A DNA stretch of 41,988 bases from Gammaproteobacteria bacterium. GTDB taxonomy: Bacteria; Pseudomonadota; Gammaproteobacteria; GCA-001735895. Numbering within the stretch: position 1 is the first letter of the stretch; the number at the start of each line of letters is the position of its first letter. The stretch spans positions 1-41,988 of the forward strand of contig JBFGQE010000001.1 in NCBI GenBank assembly GCA_041564355.1, in the 5' to 3' direction. Position numbers and translations under genes: made by a program. The notes under the pieces are model-generated. The model was not told the DNA's origin. It made no database searches and saw only the letters and a list, made by a program, of their open reading frames with translations. Below, one piece after another: positions 1 to 9,158 of the stretch.

Positions 1-249
1 AAAGACCCGATCATCTTTCGCGTCTGGCCCAACTTTGTTGCCCTTGGCGAACGTCTGGATGCGTTCAAGCCATCGTTGCCGCCGAAAGCCGACAAGGTGC
101 TGCGCATGCGCCTCGGCTACGGCCGCGATCTGATCCAGGAAGGGCGACGCCTGATCGGCTATATCGCCGGCGCGCGCGTGGCGATGCCGAACAGGTCCCA
201 GGCTTACATCGAGAAATGTCATCGCTATAACGACGAAACCCTGTCATGA
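1..249 (+). CDS. 3' end of a gene cut by the window edge (hypothetical protein, last 82 codons)
   Basis: Frame +1 is open from base 1 to TGA at 247-249 (KDPIIFRVWPNF...CHRYNDETLS*). Third positions are G/C-rich like neighbouring genes. The 60-aa ORF on the opposite strand (65..247) looks like its shadow. No family recognised. Confidence 0.45.
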   Translation, partial: KDPIIFRVWPNFVALGERLDAFKPSLPPKADKVLRMRLGYGRDLIQEGRRLIGYIAGARVAMPNRSQAYIEKCHRYNDETLS

Positions 250-291
250 TTCATCGCGCGACGACGCGAAACTGAAACCGGTCAAGCATAG

Positions 292-999
292 ATGGCGAAA
301 AAAACAAAATCCGGGGACAACCCGAATATCGTAAAACTATGGCCGACCACGTTTCTGGTCAAGCGCTTCGCGCATTATCAACGGGTCAACCCGGTGCTGC
401 TGGAGTTGTTTTACGCGCATCGCGAGCGCGAGCAGCGCAGCCCGCAACAGGCTTACGCGAGCAATGACGACCTGCTCAGGCAATACCCGCTACACCAGGA
501 ACTCAACGATCTCGCTGAGTTTATCAGCCAGAGCATCGTCGAGGTTGCACGTGAGGCGAACCGCGGCCTGTGGCGCGATACCGAGAAGGTACAGGTTTCC
601 CTGACCGGGCTCTGGTTCCAGATATCCAACAATCACTCGTTCCACGAAATGCACGTGCATGGCAATGCGTCCTGGTCCGGGGTTTACTATGTGCGCGCCG
701 GAGACTGTAGCCCGGATGCGGAGTCTCATCGTGGGCGGCAGCCGAACGGAGTGACGCGTTTTTACGGCCCGCACGTCGAGCACATGGCCGGCGGGTTCGG
801 CGACTATGGCAACCTTTACCTGCATGACAACAGCTGGGACTCTTATCCGCAAGACGGCAAACTGTGCGTATTTCCGGCGCATATCAAGCACATGCCGTTT
901 CCCTACGTTGGCGAAGAAGATCGCGTGATCGTGTCGTTTCACGCGCAGGTCTACAATTCCAGCGGCGCGATGAACTACGACTACGGCTTCACCAACTAG
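292..999 (+). CDS. TIGR02466-like putative 2OG-Fe(II) oxygenase family protein
   Basis: 235-aa ORF starting at ATG 292. It contains HEMHVHGNASWSGVYY (H-x-H ... SGVYY) and a distal FPAHIKH histidine. I recognise these from the ~200-aa TIGR02466 / 2OG-FeII_Oxy_5-type family. Assignment is from memory only. Confidence 0.65.
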   Translation: MAKKTKSGDNPNIVKLWPTTFLVKRFAHYQRVNPVLLELFYAHREREQRSPQQAYASNDDLLRQYPLHQELNDLAEFISQSIVEVAREANRGLWRDTEKVQVSLTGLWFQISNNHSFHEMHVHGNASWSGVYYVRAGDCSPDAESHRGRQPNGVTRFYGPHVEHMAGGFGDYGNLYLHDNSWDSYPQDGKLCVFPAHIKHMPFPYVGEEDRVIVSFHAQVYNSSGAMNYDYGFTN

Positions 1000-1010
1000 C
1001 CGCGCGGTAA

Positions 1011-1268
1011 TCAATCGATCAGGTACACCAACCCGGCGCAGGCCAGTACCGTCGCGGCAAACCCGGTATAAATAACGCCGCCGGCACGCAGCATCTGTTG
1101 CCGCCGGTCATGCGTGCAGTAGGCGATGTAAGCGACGACCGGCAGTGCGAACAGCAGCAGCGCAACCAGGTCGGGTAGTGCCAGTTTGAAGCTCACCCAG
1201 TGAACCACGGAAAACGCCGCCGCGAAACCCGCCAGGGCGGCGATAAAGGACAGTACCGGGCGCAGCAA
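1011..1268 (-). CDS. small hypothetical membrane protein (two predicted TM helices)
   Basis: 85-codon ORF 8 nt downstream of mmsA. It has two hydrophobic stretches (VLSFIAALAGFAAAFSVV, VALLLFALPVVAYIAY; GFAATVLACAGLVYL) and G/C-rich third positions. The start is a TTG with no clear SD, so the start and even the reality of the gene are uncertain. Confidence 0.4.
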   Translation of the reverse strand: MLRPVLSFIAALAGFAAAFSVVHWVSFKLALPDLVALLLFALPVVAYIAYCTHDRRQQMLRAGGVIYTGFAATVLACAGLVYLID

Positions 1269-1276
1269 GATAGGGT

Positions 1277-2803
1277 TTACTTCAATACCGGCATCGAGAA
1301 CTCGGACTCGAGACCGCTATCGAGCCAGCGCGAGGTTACGGTCTTGACCTTGGTGTAGAAACGCAGCGCTTCCATGCCGTACTGGTTATGGTCGCCGAAC
1401 GCAGACGACTTCCAGCCGCCGAAACTATGGAAAGCCAGCGGTACCGGGATCGGCACGTTGATGCCGACCATGCCGACCTCGACCTTGTCGGCGAAGGTAC
1501 GCGCCGCGGCGCCGTTTTGGGTAAAAATCGATGTGCCGTTGCCGTAAGGATGATCGGTCGCGAGCGCGGCACCTTCCTCGAACGATCCGACGCGCATGAT
1601 CTGCAGCACCGGGCCGAAGATTTCTTCCTGGTAGGACTGCATATCGGGTTTGACCTGGTCGATCAGCGAACCGCCGAGAAAGTAACCGTCCTCGTGGCCA
1701 TCGAGCACGAAATCGCGACCATCGACGACCAGGCGAGAGCCCTCGTCCTCGGCCATCTGGATGTAGTTCATGACTTTCTCGCGGTGTTCCTTCGTCACCA
1801 GCGGACCCATTTCGAGCCCGGTCTCGAGGCTCGGGCCGATGCGCAGGCCCTCGACGCGCGGCTTTAGTTTCTCGATCAGCCGGTCGGCGACCTCGTCGCC
1901 GACGCAAACGCCGACCGAGATCGCCATGCAACGCTCGCCGGCCGAACCGTAGGCCGCGCCCATCAGCGCATTGGCGACGTCGTCGAGATCCGCGTCGGGC
2001 AAAATCAGCATGTGGTTCTTCGCCCCGCCCATCGCCTGGCAGCGCTTGCCGTGGGCGGTCGCGGTGGCGTAGACGTATTTCGCGATCGGCGTCGAGCCGA
2101 CGAAACTGACCGCCTTGACGCGCTCGTCGGTGAGCAGCGTGTCGACTGCTTCCTTGTCGCCGTTGACGACGTTGAACACGCCCGCCGGCGCACCGGCCTC
2201 GACGAATAGCTCGGCCAGGCGCAGCGGGCAGGACGGATCCTTTTCCGAGGGCTTCAGCACGACGGTATTACCGGTTATCAGCGCCATCCCGGCCATCCAC
2301 AGCGGAATCATTGCCGGAAAGTTGAACGGCGTAATGCCGGCGACCACGCCGAGCGGTTTGCGCATCGAATAAATGTCGATACCGCGAGCCACGTTGTCGG
2401 AAAATTCGCCCTTTTGCGCATGCGGCGCACCGCAGGCAAATTCGCAGACCTCGATACCGCGCAGCACCGAGCCCATCGCATCCTCGACGACCTTGCCGTG
2501 TTCCATCGAAACCAGTTTCGCCAGTTCTTCCTGGTGCCGGTAGAGGAGCTGCACGTAGCGCGCCATGATACGCGAGCGTTGCAGCACCGAGGTCGCGGCC
2601 CAGGCGGGGAATGCCTCTTCGGCGATTGCGATCGCCGCTTCGACCTCGTCCTTCGATGCCAGCGGGACTACGCTCGCCCTGACGCCGAGGCTCGGGTTGA
2701 ATACATCACCAAAGCGCTCACTGACTCCGGCGACGCGTTCGCTGTTTATATAATGTGTCAGGCGGGGGACTTCGGCGGCTACGGATTCGGCTGGCTGGCT
2801 CAT
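1277..2803 (-). CDS. mmsA: CoA-acylating methylmalonate-semialdehyde dehydrogenase (aldehyde dehydrogenase family)
   Basis: 508-aa ORF of the aldehyde dehydrogenase superfamily, with the catalytic Cys block SAGERCMA. Length and N-terminal pattern (THYINSERV...FNPS) are typical of MmsA. Confidence 0.88.
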   Translation of the reverse strand: MSQPAESVAAEVPRLTHYINSERVAGVSERFGDVFNPSLGVRASVVPLASKDEVEAAIAIAEEAFPAWAATSVLQRSRIMARYVQLLYRHQEELAKLVSMEHGKVVEDAMGSVLRGIEVCEFACGAPHAQKGEFSDNVARGIDIYSMRKPLGVVAGITPFNFPAMIPLWMAGMALITGNTVVLKPSEKDPSCPLRLAELFVEAGAPAGVFNVVNGDKEAVDTLLTDERVKAVSFVGSTPIAKYVYATATAHGKRCQAMGGAKNHMLILPDADLDDVANALMGAAYGSAGERCMAISVGVCVGDEVADRLIEKLKPRVEGLRIGPSLETGLEMGPLVTKEHREKVMNYIQMAEDEGSRLVVDGRDFVLDGHEDGYFLGGSLIDQVKPDMQSYQEEIFGPVLQIMRVGSFEEGAALATDHPYGNGTSIFTQNGAAARTFADKVEVGMVGINVPIPVPLAFHSFGGWKSSAFGDHNQYGMEALRFYTKVKTVTSRWLDSGLESEFSMPVLK

Positions 2804-2918
2804 GACGGCACCTGCGGGTTGCGTGATTGGACAGGCGGCTAATTATAGGCAAGTCGGGTGTGCATTCCTATAGCCCGACATCGGTATCGAGCGTTGTTTC
2901 GGGATGCCTGTCCGGCCG

Positions 2919-4787
2919 CTAGAGGCGGCTGCCGCGCAGTTCGAGCACGCGTTGTTGCAACGCCTCGGGCGTCGCGGCCGCGGCCTCGACCGAATCGCCG
3001 ACGACGATTTCGATGCGGCTGTAGAGGCCTCTCGGGAACAGGCGGCGCATCGCGCTGCCGTAGGCGCGACTGAAAAAACTGCCCCACAGGCCGCGCAACG
3101 CGAGCGGAATCACCGGCACTGGGTCGCGCTCCAGGATGCGGGATATGCCGGGGCGAAACGGCTGCATTTCGCCGTCGTGAGTGATCTGGCCCTCCGGGAA
3201 TATGCACACGATTTCACCCTGTCGCAGGGCTTTGCTGATATCTTCGAAGGCACGCTCCATCATCGCCTCGTCCTCGCGCGCACCGGCGATCGGGATCGCG
3301 TTCGCGGTTTTGAACAGGAATGACAGCAGCGGTAGCTGAAAGATCTTGTAATACATGACGAAACGAATCGGCCGGCGCACGCAACCGATCAGTATTAGCG
3401 CATCGGCAAAGCTGACGTGGTTGCAGACCAGCACCGCGGGCCCCTCTTCGGGAATGTTTTCGAGGCCTCGCTTGTCGACACGATAAATCGTGTGTACCAG
3501 CAGCCAGACCAGCAGGCGTAAAAAGAACTCGGGTACCAGCGTGAAGATGAACAAAGCCACCGCCGCATTCATCAGCGCCATGATCAGGAACAGCATCGGA
3601 ATCGAAACGCCGGCGCGGAGCGCGAGCAGGCCATATATCGAAGCGATTACCATGAACAACGCGTTCAATACGTTGTTCGCCGCGATCACGCGAGAGCGTT
3701 TGTGGAAATCGCTGCGTTGCTGGATCAGCGCATACAGCGGCACGATGTACATGCCGCCGGAAACACCGAGCATGACGATGTCGAAGCAGACCCGCAGGCT
3801 CGAGGACAGGGCGATGAACTCGGCCGGGCCGAGCAATAAGCCACCGCGAGCCAGTCCCTGGTTGAAGAAAAGGTCGATACCGAAAAGGGTCAGGCCAAGC
3901 GCGCCGAACGGCACCAGCCCGATCTCGACCATGCGCCCGGAGAGGCGTTCGCAGAGAAACGAGCCTGCACCGATACCGACCGAAAACATCGCCAGCAGCA
4001 GAACGTATACCTGCTCGTTGCCGCCCAGTTCGTAGCGCACGTAATTCGGCAGCTGGGTGACGTAGGTAATGCCGATGAACCAGAACCAGGAAACGCCGAG
4101 CACCGAATAAAACACGCTGCGAATCGCGCGCGCATCGCGCATGATTTGCAGGGTTTGCCGGGGAATGTTGAAACTGATGCGCAGCTCCGGAGCGCCGGCG
4201 GCCAGTGCCGGTATGCCGCGGCTGGCCCAGTAGCCGAGGCAGGCTACCAGCACTACCGCTGCCGCGATGGCAGCGGTGCCGTAGTCGATCACGTAAACGC
4301 TGACGATCAGGCCAAACAGGATCGCGATAAAGGTGCCGAACTCGACCATCGCGTTGCCGCCGACCAGTTCGGCGGGCCGCAGTGCCTGTGGCAGCTGGCT
4401 GTATTTTACCGGGCCGAAGAGAGCCGACTGTGTCCCCATTAAAAACAGGACCCCGACCAGGAACACCGGGTCTTGCAATATGAAGGCCATTGCGCCGAGT
4501 AACATGACCCCGATTTCTAGCAACTTGATGCGCCTGATCAGCATCGCCTTTTCATACTTGTCGGCCAGCTGACCGGCGATCGGCGAGAACAGGAAGAAGG
4601 GCAGGATGAACAAACCGGCGGCTAAGTTGACCAGGGTATTGCTCTCGCTGCGCGACACGCTCGCCGCCTGGAAGGCGATAAAGATTGTGAGCCCGTTTTT
4701 ATACAGGTTGTCGTTGAATGCCCCGAGTAACTGGGTCAGGAAGAACGGGCGAAAGCGCCGCGTCGAGAGTAGCTTGATCGAATCCAT
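2919..4787 (-). CDS. lysophospholipid transporter (MFS, LplT-like) fused to a PlsC-type acyltransferase domain
   Basis: 622-aa ORF. The N-terminal ~400 aa form a multi-helix MFS permease starting MDSIKLLSTRRFRPFFLTQLLGAFNDNLYKN. The C-terminal ~200 aa carry the acyltransferase H-x4-D motif (CNHVSFAD) and the IFPEGQ block. Confidence 0.85.
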   Translation of the reverse strand: MDSIKLLSTRRFRPFFLTQLLGAFNDNLYKNGLTIFIAFQAASVSRSESNTLVNLAAGLFILPFFLFSPIAGQLADKYEKAMLIRRIKLLEIGVMLLGAMAFILQDPVFLVGVLFLMGTQSALFGPVKYSQLPQALRPAELVGGNAMVEFGTFIAILFGLIVSVYVIDYGTAAIAAAVVLVACLGYWASRGIPALAAGAPELRISFNIPRQTLQIMRDARAIRSVFYSVLGVSWFWFIGITYVTQLPNYVRYELGGNEQVYVLLLAMFSVGIGAGSFLCERLSGRMVEIGLVPFGALGLTLFGIDLFFNQGLARGGLLLGPAEFIALSSSLRVCFDIVMLGVSGGMYIVPLYALIQQRSDFHKRSRVIAANNVLNALFMVIASIYGLLALRAGVSIPMLFLIMALMNAAVALFIFTLVPEFFLRLLVWLLVHTIYRVDKRGLENIPEEGPAVLVCNHVSFADALILIGCVRRPIRFVMYYKIFQLPLLSFLFKTANAIPIAGAREDEAMMERAFEDISKALRQGEIVCIFPEGQITHDGEMQPFRPGISRILERDPVPVIPLALRGLWGSFFSRAYGSAMRRLFPRGLYSRIEIVVGDSVEAAAATPEALQQRVLELRGSRL

Positions 4788-5153
4788 GCGTGGCCCGGTT
4801 TTAGGTCAAGGCTAAAAGAATGTATCGGCAAGAGCAATGGCTGGATTGCGGGCAGCGAGTTATCCACAGCGTGATAACGAGGCCTGCCCGCTCGAGTCGG
4901 GGCAAGCAGAGCGGGCGCCCGGGCGCGGGCAGAATCGGACTCGATGGCGGGGATTTCCGATTCCGTCGGGAATATAATATGAGAGCGCCCGCAGCCCGCC
5001 GAAAAATGCGCGTCGGGCGACCTAAAAACGGCACGCGGATTTGCCTGGACGGGAGGCGGTAGAGTGACCTGTCGATGTGACACAGTTCAGGAAATTCGGT
5101 GTGAATAGGCTATATATCTTTGCATGGCTGCGTCGTTCGAAAAATAAGCCTGG

Positions 5154-7682
5154 ATGTCGTTTATTAAATCCTGGTTAAAGAAGGACTGGTTCCTCGGGCT
5201 GGTCATTACCCTACTGATCCTGGCTTTTGCGGAAGCGGGCTGGTTCAGTGCGCTCGATCGCCTCGCCTATAATCTCGGCGTCAAGTTTTCCTCGGCCAAG
5301 GATCCGCATGAAGACGTGGTCGTGGTGGCGATCGACGACAAGTCGCTACAGGCACTGGGCGCCTGGCCCTGGTCGCGCGACGTGCTTGCGGAAACGACCA
5401 AGACGCTGGCCAAAGGCAAGCCCCGGGTAATCGGATACAACCTGCCGCTGGATACGCCGCAATACGAGGTCGGACTGTCCTCGGTCGCGGAATTGCGGGA
5501 AGTGCTGCGCAGGGAGAACAAACTCAGCCGACGGGTTAAGCGGGCATTACACAAGACCGAGTCGATTTTGCTCGGCGACGACAATCTCGCGAGCAGTTTC
5601 AAGAAGGGCGGACGTATCGTTTTATCCATGCCGTATATTCCGGGCCAGGACCCGACACCCGGCCTCACGGCGTCGCTGCCGAAACACCTGCAGAAGTTCG
5701 CGCTGCCCAATGTTCGGATCAACGGCAATCACCAGTTTGGATCGCCGCAACCCAGCGTTACCCGCGCCGAAAAGATATTTCCCCCCATCGAAAAACTGGC
5801 GCGGCAGGTTGGCGCGATCGGCGTGGTCAGCTTCGCCGACAATATCAGTAGCGAGCCGTTAATCGTTCGCTATGGGCAGGAGTTCCTGCCGTCCTTCGCG
5901 TTGATGGTCGCAACCCGCAGCAAGGGCTTGTCGATGCAGCATATCGAGTCCCGCACCAGCGTCAGCCCGATGCTCGGCGGCAAGGACCTGGGCGCCGACA
6001 TCGATTTCATGATTTACCCGCGCTTTTACGCCGATCGCGACGGCGTTTCCCCGTTCAGGGTTTACTCGCTGATCGACGTACTCGATGGCTCGCTGCCGGC
6101 GTCGACATTTCAAAACAAGATCGTGCTGGTAGGCCCGACTTCCCCGCGCCTTGCGCAACCTCGCCAGACGCCGGTCGGAAATGCAATCGCGCCGACGCTC
6201 GCCACCGCGCACAGCGTCTCCAGCCTGCTCAACGGAGAGCTGTATCGCCTGCCCGAGTGGTCGAGCTGGGCATTGCGCGGGCTGTTCGTCGTGCTGGGGC
6301 TTTACCTGATGTTCGTACTGACCCGCTTTCGCACCAACACCGCGTTTTTTCTCAGCCTGTTTCTCGTGGTCATGATTTTCAATGCACACTTCGTATTGAT
6401 GAGTTCGCAGGCGCTGTGGGTACCGATGATGTCTGCGGTCATGCTGATCGTGATCGGTCACCTGGTGTTGGCTACGCGCCATTCGTTCGACGTGCGACTG
6501 CGCCAGGTCCAGGGCGACTTGTCTGCTGCCAATCGGCAGCTTGGCCAGGCGCTGCACGCGCAGGGTCAGCTCGACCAGGCGTTTGAAAAGTATCGCAGCT
6601 GTGCCCCCGACGACGGCCTGCTCGGCCAGGTCTACAACCTCGGACTGGACTACGAGCGCAAGCGTCAGTTCAATAAAGCCGCGGCCGTGTTCAAGTTCAT
6701 CCACGATAAAAATTCGAAGTACAACGACGTCGGGGACCGCATTCAGCAAAACGAGCAGGCAGCCCAGACCGTGGTGCTTTCCAGCCACGACCCGACCGGC
6801 CCCGGCCCGACCCTGATTTCGAGCAGGGCCGGCATCCAGAAGCCGAAACTCGGTCGTTATGAAATCGATTCCGAAATCGGGCGCGGCGCGATGGGCATGG
6901 TTTATCTCGGCCATGACGAGAAAATTGGCCGCACCGTGGCGATCAAGACGATGGTCTTGTCCAGCGAAATCGAAGAGGGTATGCGTGACGAAGTGCGCAA
7001 CCGCTTCTTCCGCGAGGCAGAAGCCGCGGGGCGGCTGGACCACCCTAATATCGTCACGGTATACGATGTCGGTGACGAGCAGGACCTGGCCTATATCGCA
7101 ATGGATTACCTGAAGGGCAAAGACCTGACCGCCTACAGTACGGCGAAAACACGCCTGCCGGTAAGCGAAATATTCGAGATCATCAGCAGCGTGGCGCATG
7201 CACTCGACTACGCCCATCAGCAGCATGTCGTACACCGTGACATCAAGCCGGCCAACATTATTTATGACGCGGAAAAACGCGTCGCCAAGATTACCGATTT
7301 CGGTGTCGCCTGCCTGACCGACGCGAGCAAGACCAAGACCGGCACGGTGCTGGGGAGTCCTTACTACATGTCACCCGAGCAGCTTGCCGGGAAAAAGGTA
7401 GACGGCCGCGCGGACCTGTTTTCGCTCGGCATCACGCTTTACCAGATGCTCACCGCGGAGCTGCCCTTCAAGGGAGACTCGATCGCCAACCTGATGTACA
7501 ACATCGCCAACGAGAATCACCCCGATATTCGTCGCTATCGTAGCGACCTGCCGCCCTGCGTGGGCAACGTGATCGATAAGTCGCTGCAAAAAGAAGCGGC
7601 CGAACGCTTCCAGAGCGGTAAGCAAATGGCCGCGGCAATGGAGAAGTGCCAAGCGCACATCAAGGAAATCGAAGCGGCCTGA
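5154..7682 (+). CDS. CHASE2-domain membrane sensor fused to TPR-like repeats and a Hanks-type Ser/Thr protein kinase
   Basis: 842-aa ORF. It has an N-terminal TM helix, a ~340-aa extracytoplasmic CHASE2-like region and three TM helices around aa 375-445. A TPR-like segment follows (LGQALHAQGQLDQAFEKYRSC ... LGLDYERKRQFNKAAAVFKFI). The kinase motifs are GRGAMGMVYLG, VAIK, HRDIKPANI, DFG and SPE. Confidence 0.9.
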   Translation: MSFIKSWLKKDWFLGLVITLLILAFAEAGWFSALDRLAYNLGVKFSSAKDPHEDVVVVAIDDKSLQALGAWPWSRDVLAETTKTLAKGKPRVIGYNLPLDTPQYEVGLSSVAELREVLRRENKLSRRVKRALHKTESILLGDDNLASSFKKGGRIVLSMPYIPGQDPTPGLTASLPKHLQKFALPNVRINGNHQFGSPQPSVTRAEKIFPPIEKLARQVGAIGVVSFADNISSEPLIVRYGQEFLPSFALMVATRSKGLSMQHIESRTSVSPMLGGKDLGADIDFMIYPRFYADRDGVSPFRVYSLIDVLDGSLPASTFQNKIVLVGPTSPRLAQPRQTPVGNAIAPTLATAHSVSSLLNGELYRLPEWSSWALRGLFVVLGLYLMFVLTRFRTNTAFFLSLFLVVMIFNAHFVLMSSQALWVPMMSAVMLIVIGHLVLATRHSFDVRLRQVQGDLSAANRQLGQALHAQGQLDQAFEKYRSCAPDDGLLGQVYNLGLDYERKRQFNKAAAVFKFIHDKNSKYNDVGDRIQQNEQAAQTVVLSSHDPTGPGPTLISSRAGIQKPKLGRYEIDSEIGRGAMGMVYLGHDEKIGRTVAIKTMVLSSEIEEGMRDEVRNRFFREAEAAGRLDHPNIVTVYDVGDEQDLAYIAMDYLKGKDLTAYSTAKTRLPVSEIFEIISSVAHALDYAHQQHVVHRDIKPANIIYDAEKRVAKITDFGVACLTDASKTKTGTVLGSPYYMSPEQLAGKKVDGRADLFSLGITLYQMLTAELPFKGDSIANLMYNIANENHPDIRRYRSDLPPCVGNVIDKSLQKEAAERFQSGKQMAAAMEKCQAHIKEIEAA

Positions 7683-7698
7683 ATCGGTCAAGGGGCGT

Positions 7699-9126
7699 TC
7701 AGGACAGCGCCTTGAATCGCTCCAGCGCACGTTCCCGCGTGGCCTTTAAATCCAGCATCGGTCGCGGATAATCAACCCCGATTTCAATGCCCGCTTCGGC
7801 AAGCGTCTCTTCGGGAGCGTCCCATGGCCTGTGCCGGTATTTTGCCGGCAAGCCGGATAATTCGGGACAGTAGCGGGCGATGTACTCCCCATCGGGATCG
7901 AATTTCTCGCTCTGTAGCAGCGGGTTGAAAATACGGAAATAGGGCGCCGCGTCCGCGCCGGACCCGGCCACCCACTGCCAGCTTGCGCTATTGCTGGCGA
8001 GATCCGCGTCGACCAGGCAATCCCAGAACCAGTCCTCGCCGTGGCGCCAGTGGACCAGCATATTCTTGATCAGGAAGGACGCGACGATCATGCGTACGCG
8101 ATTGTGCATATACCCTGTTTGCCAGAGTTCACGCATACCCGCGTCGATAATCGGAAAACCTGTTTTTCCACGTTGCCACGCGGTCTGGTCGGCGCGGCTG
8201 GTCAGCCACTCGAAGCCATCGAACTTCGCATTGAAGTTGCGCTCGGGCAGGCTCGGGTTGTGATACAGCAGGTGATAGGAAAACTCGCGCCAGCCGAGTT
8301 CGCGCAAAAAGTGTCCCGGGTTGTCGCTGCCATCGCGCAAAGCCTCGTGTTCGATGCGATGCCAGACCTGGTGCGGCGATATCTCGCCGAAGTGCAGGTG
8401 GGGAGACAGTCTCGAGGTTGCCTGCAACGCGGGGAAGTCGCGACCACGCTTGTAGTCGGCGAGCGCGTTATCGCAAAAGTCGTCCAACGCCTCGGCCGCG
8501 CCGGCTTCACCAACCTTCCAGTGGCGCGCCAGCGCTTCGTTCCAATCCTGCTTGGGCAGCAGGTCCAGCGCCTCCAGGTCGCAGGACCCGAGGACATCGC
8601 CATCGTAGTAATTCAATCGCGCCGGCGCGCCGATGGGTGAACGCGGCGCCTCGGCCTGCAGGCAGCCTTTCTGGTAAAACGGCGTAAACACGCGGTAGGG
8701 TTCCCCGTCCTGTTTGCTCACCGTCCAGGGTTCCCACAGCAGTGACGCATTGAAACTGGCGTGATCGATATCGAGCGAGCCGAGCTCCCGCTTGATGCGC
8801 TTGTCGCGCTCGATGCGCCAGGGTTCATAGCAGCGATTCCAGTAGATCGAACCGACCGGCAGGTTTTCGACGAGTTGGTTGATGACGTCGCGCGCATCGC
8901 CGACAAACAGCCGCAGCCTGCCGTTCAGCGACGCGTCGAGCTGGCGCAGGGAATGGTGCAGCCAAACGCGACTCGCGGCGCCCATTTTCCAGGCACCCGC
9001 GTTGGCGTCGTCGAGAATGTAGATCGGCAGTATGGGCCCGCGCTCGGCGGCGGCGTTCAGCGCCGGGTTGTCGGCGCGGCGCAGGTCCTGGCGGAACCAG
9101 ACGATGGAAAGGCTCTGGTCGGTCAT
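7699..9126 (-). CDS. phrB: deoxyribodipyrimidine photolyase (class I CPD photolyase)
   Basis: 475-aa ORF. It has the N-terminal photolyase block IVWFRQDLRRADNPAL and the C-terminal FAD-binding block SWQWVAGSGADAAPYFRIFNP. Confidence 0.93.
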   Translation of the reverse strand: MTDQSLSIVWFRQDLRRADNPALNAAAERGPILPIYILDDANAGAWKMGAASRVWLHHSLRQLDASLNGRLRLFVGDARDVINQLVENLPVGSIYWNRCYEPWRIERDKRIKRELGSLDIDHASFNASLLWEPWTVSKQDGEPYRVFTPFYQKGCLQAEAPRSPIGAPARLNYYDGDVLGSCDLEALDLLPKQDWNEALARHWKVGEAGAAEALDDFCDNALADYKRGRDFPALQATSRLSPHLHFGEISPHQVWHRIEHEALRDGSDNPGHFLRELGWREFSYHLLYHNPSLPERNFNAKFDGFEWLTSRADQTAWQRGKTGFPIIDAGMRELWQTGYMHNRVRMIVASFLIKNMLVHWRHGEDWFWDCLVDADLASNSASWQWVAGSGADAAPYFRIFNPLLQSEKFDPDGEYIARYCPELSGLPAKYRHRPWDAPEETLAEAGIEIGVDYPRPMLDLKATRERALERFKALS

Positions 9127-9158
9127 CGTTTTCTGATCGGGGCTCGACGCGGCGGCGA

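Noticed and set aside
131-156. Other TGATCC hexamers, e.g. 131-136, 23080-23085 and 39949-39954
   Set aside because: Sixteen nt downstream they have GATC, CAGT or CAGC rather than CGTA. They also lie inside coding sequence or face the 3' end of an opposite-strand gene.
2829-2913. 8-bp inverted repeat GGACAGGC...GCCTGTCC enclosing smaller non-nested repeats (TATAGG/CCTATA, GTCGGG/CCCGAC) between lplT and mmsA; considered as a structured leader or riboswitch
   Set aside because: An 8-bp repeat over 115 bp has roughly a 10% chance expectation. The inner repeats are mutually incompatible, and nothing resembles a riboswitch class I know. It is more likely a terminator/promoter junction; a TATAAT on the minus strand sits at 2847-2842.
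4859-4878. Perfect DnaA-box 9-mer TTATCCACA (4860-4868) inside the palindrome GTTATC-N8-GATAAC, in the 366-bp lplT/kinase intergenic region; also the Arg-rich ORFs 4820..5062 and 4736..5083 there
   Set aside because: A single 9-mer is expected about 0.3 times by chance in this window, and there is no cluster of boxes, AT-rich unwinding element or dnaA/dnaN context. A 6-bp-arm palindrome in 366 bp is near chance expectation. The ORFs have junk-like composition. The region is probably just two divergent promoters, although I could not define them.
5859-7235. 458-aa ORF antisense to the CHASE2 kinase gene
   Set aside because: It is Arg/Ala/Gly-rich and low-complexity, and lies entirely inside a gene with clear kinase motifs on the other strand. 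This is a typical shadow ORF of GC-rich DNA.
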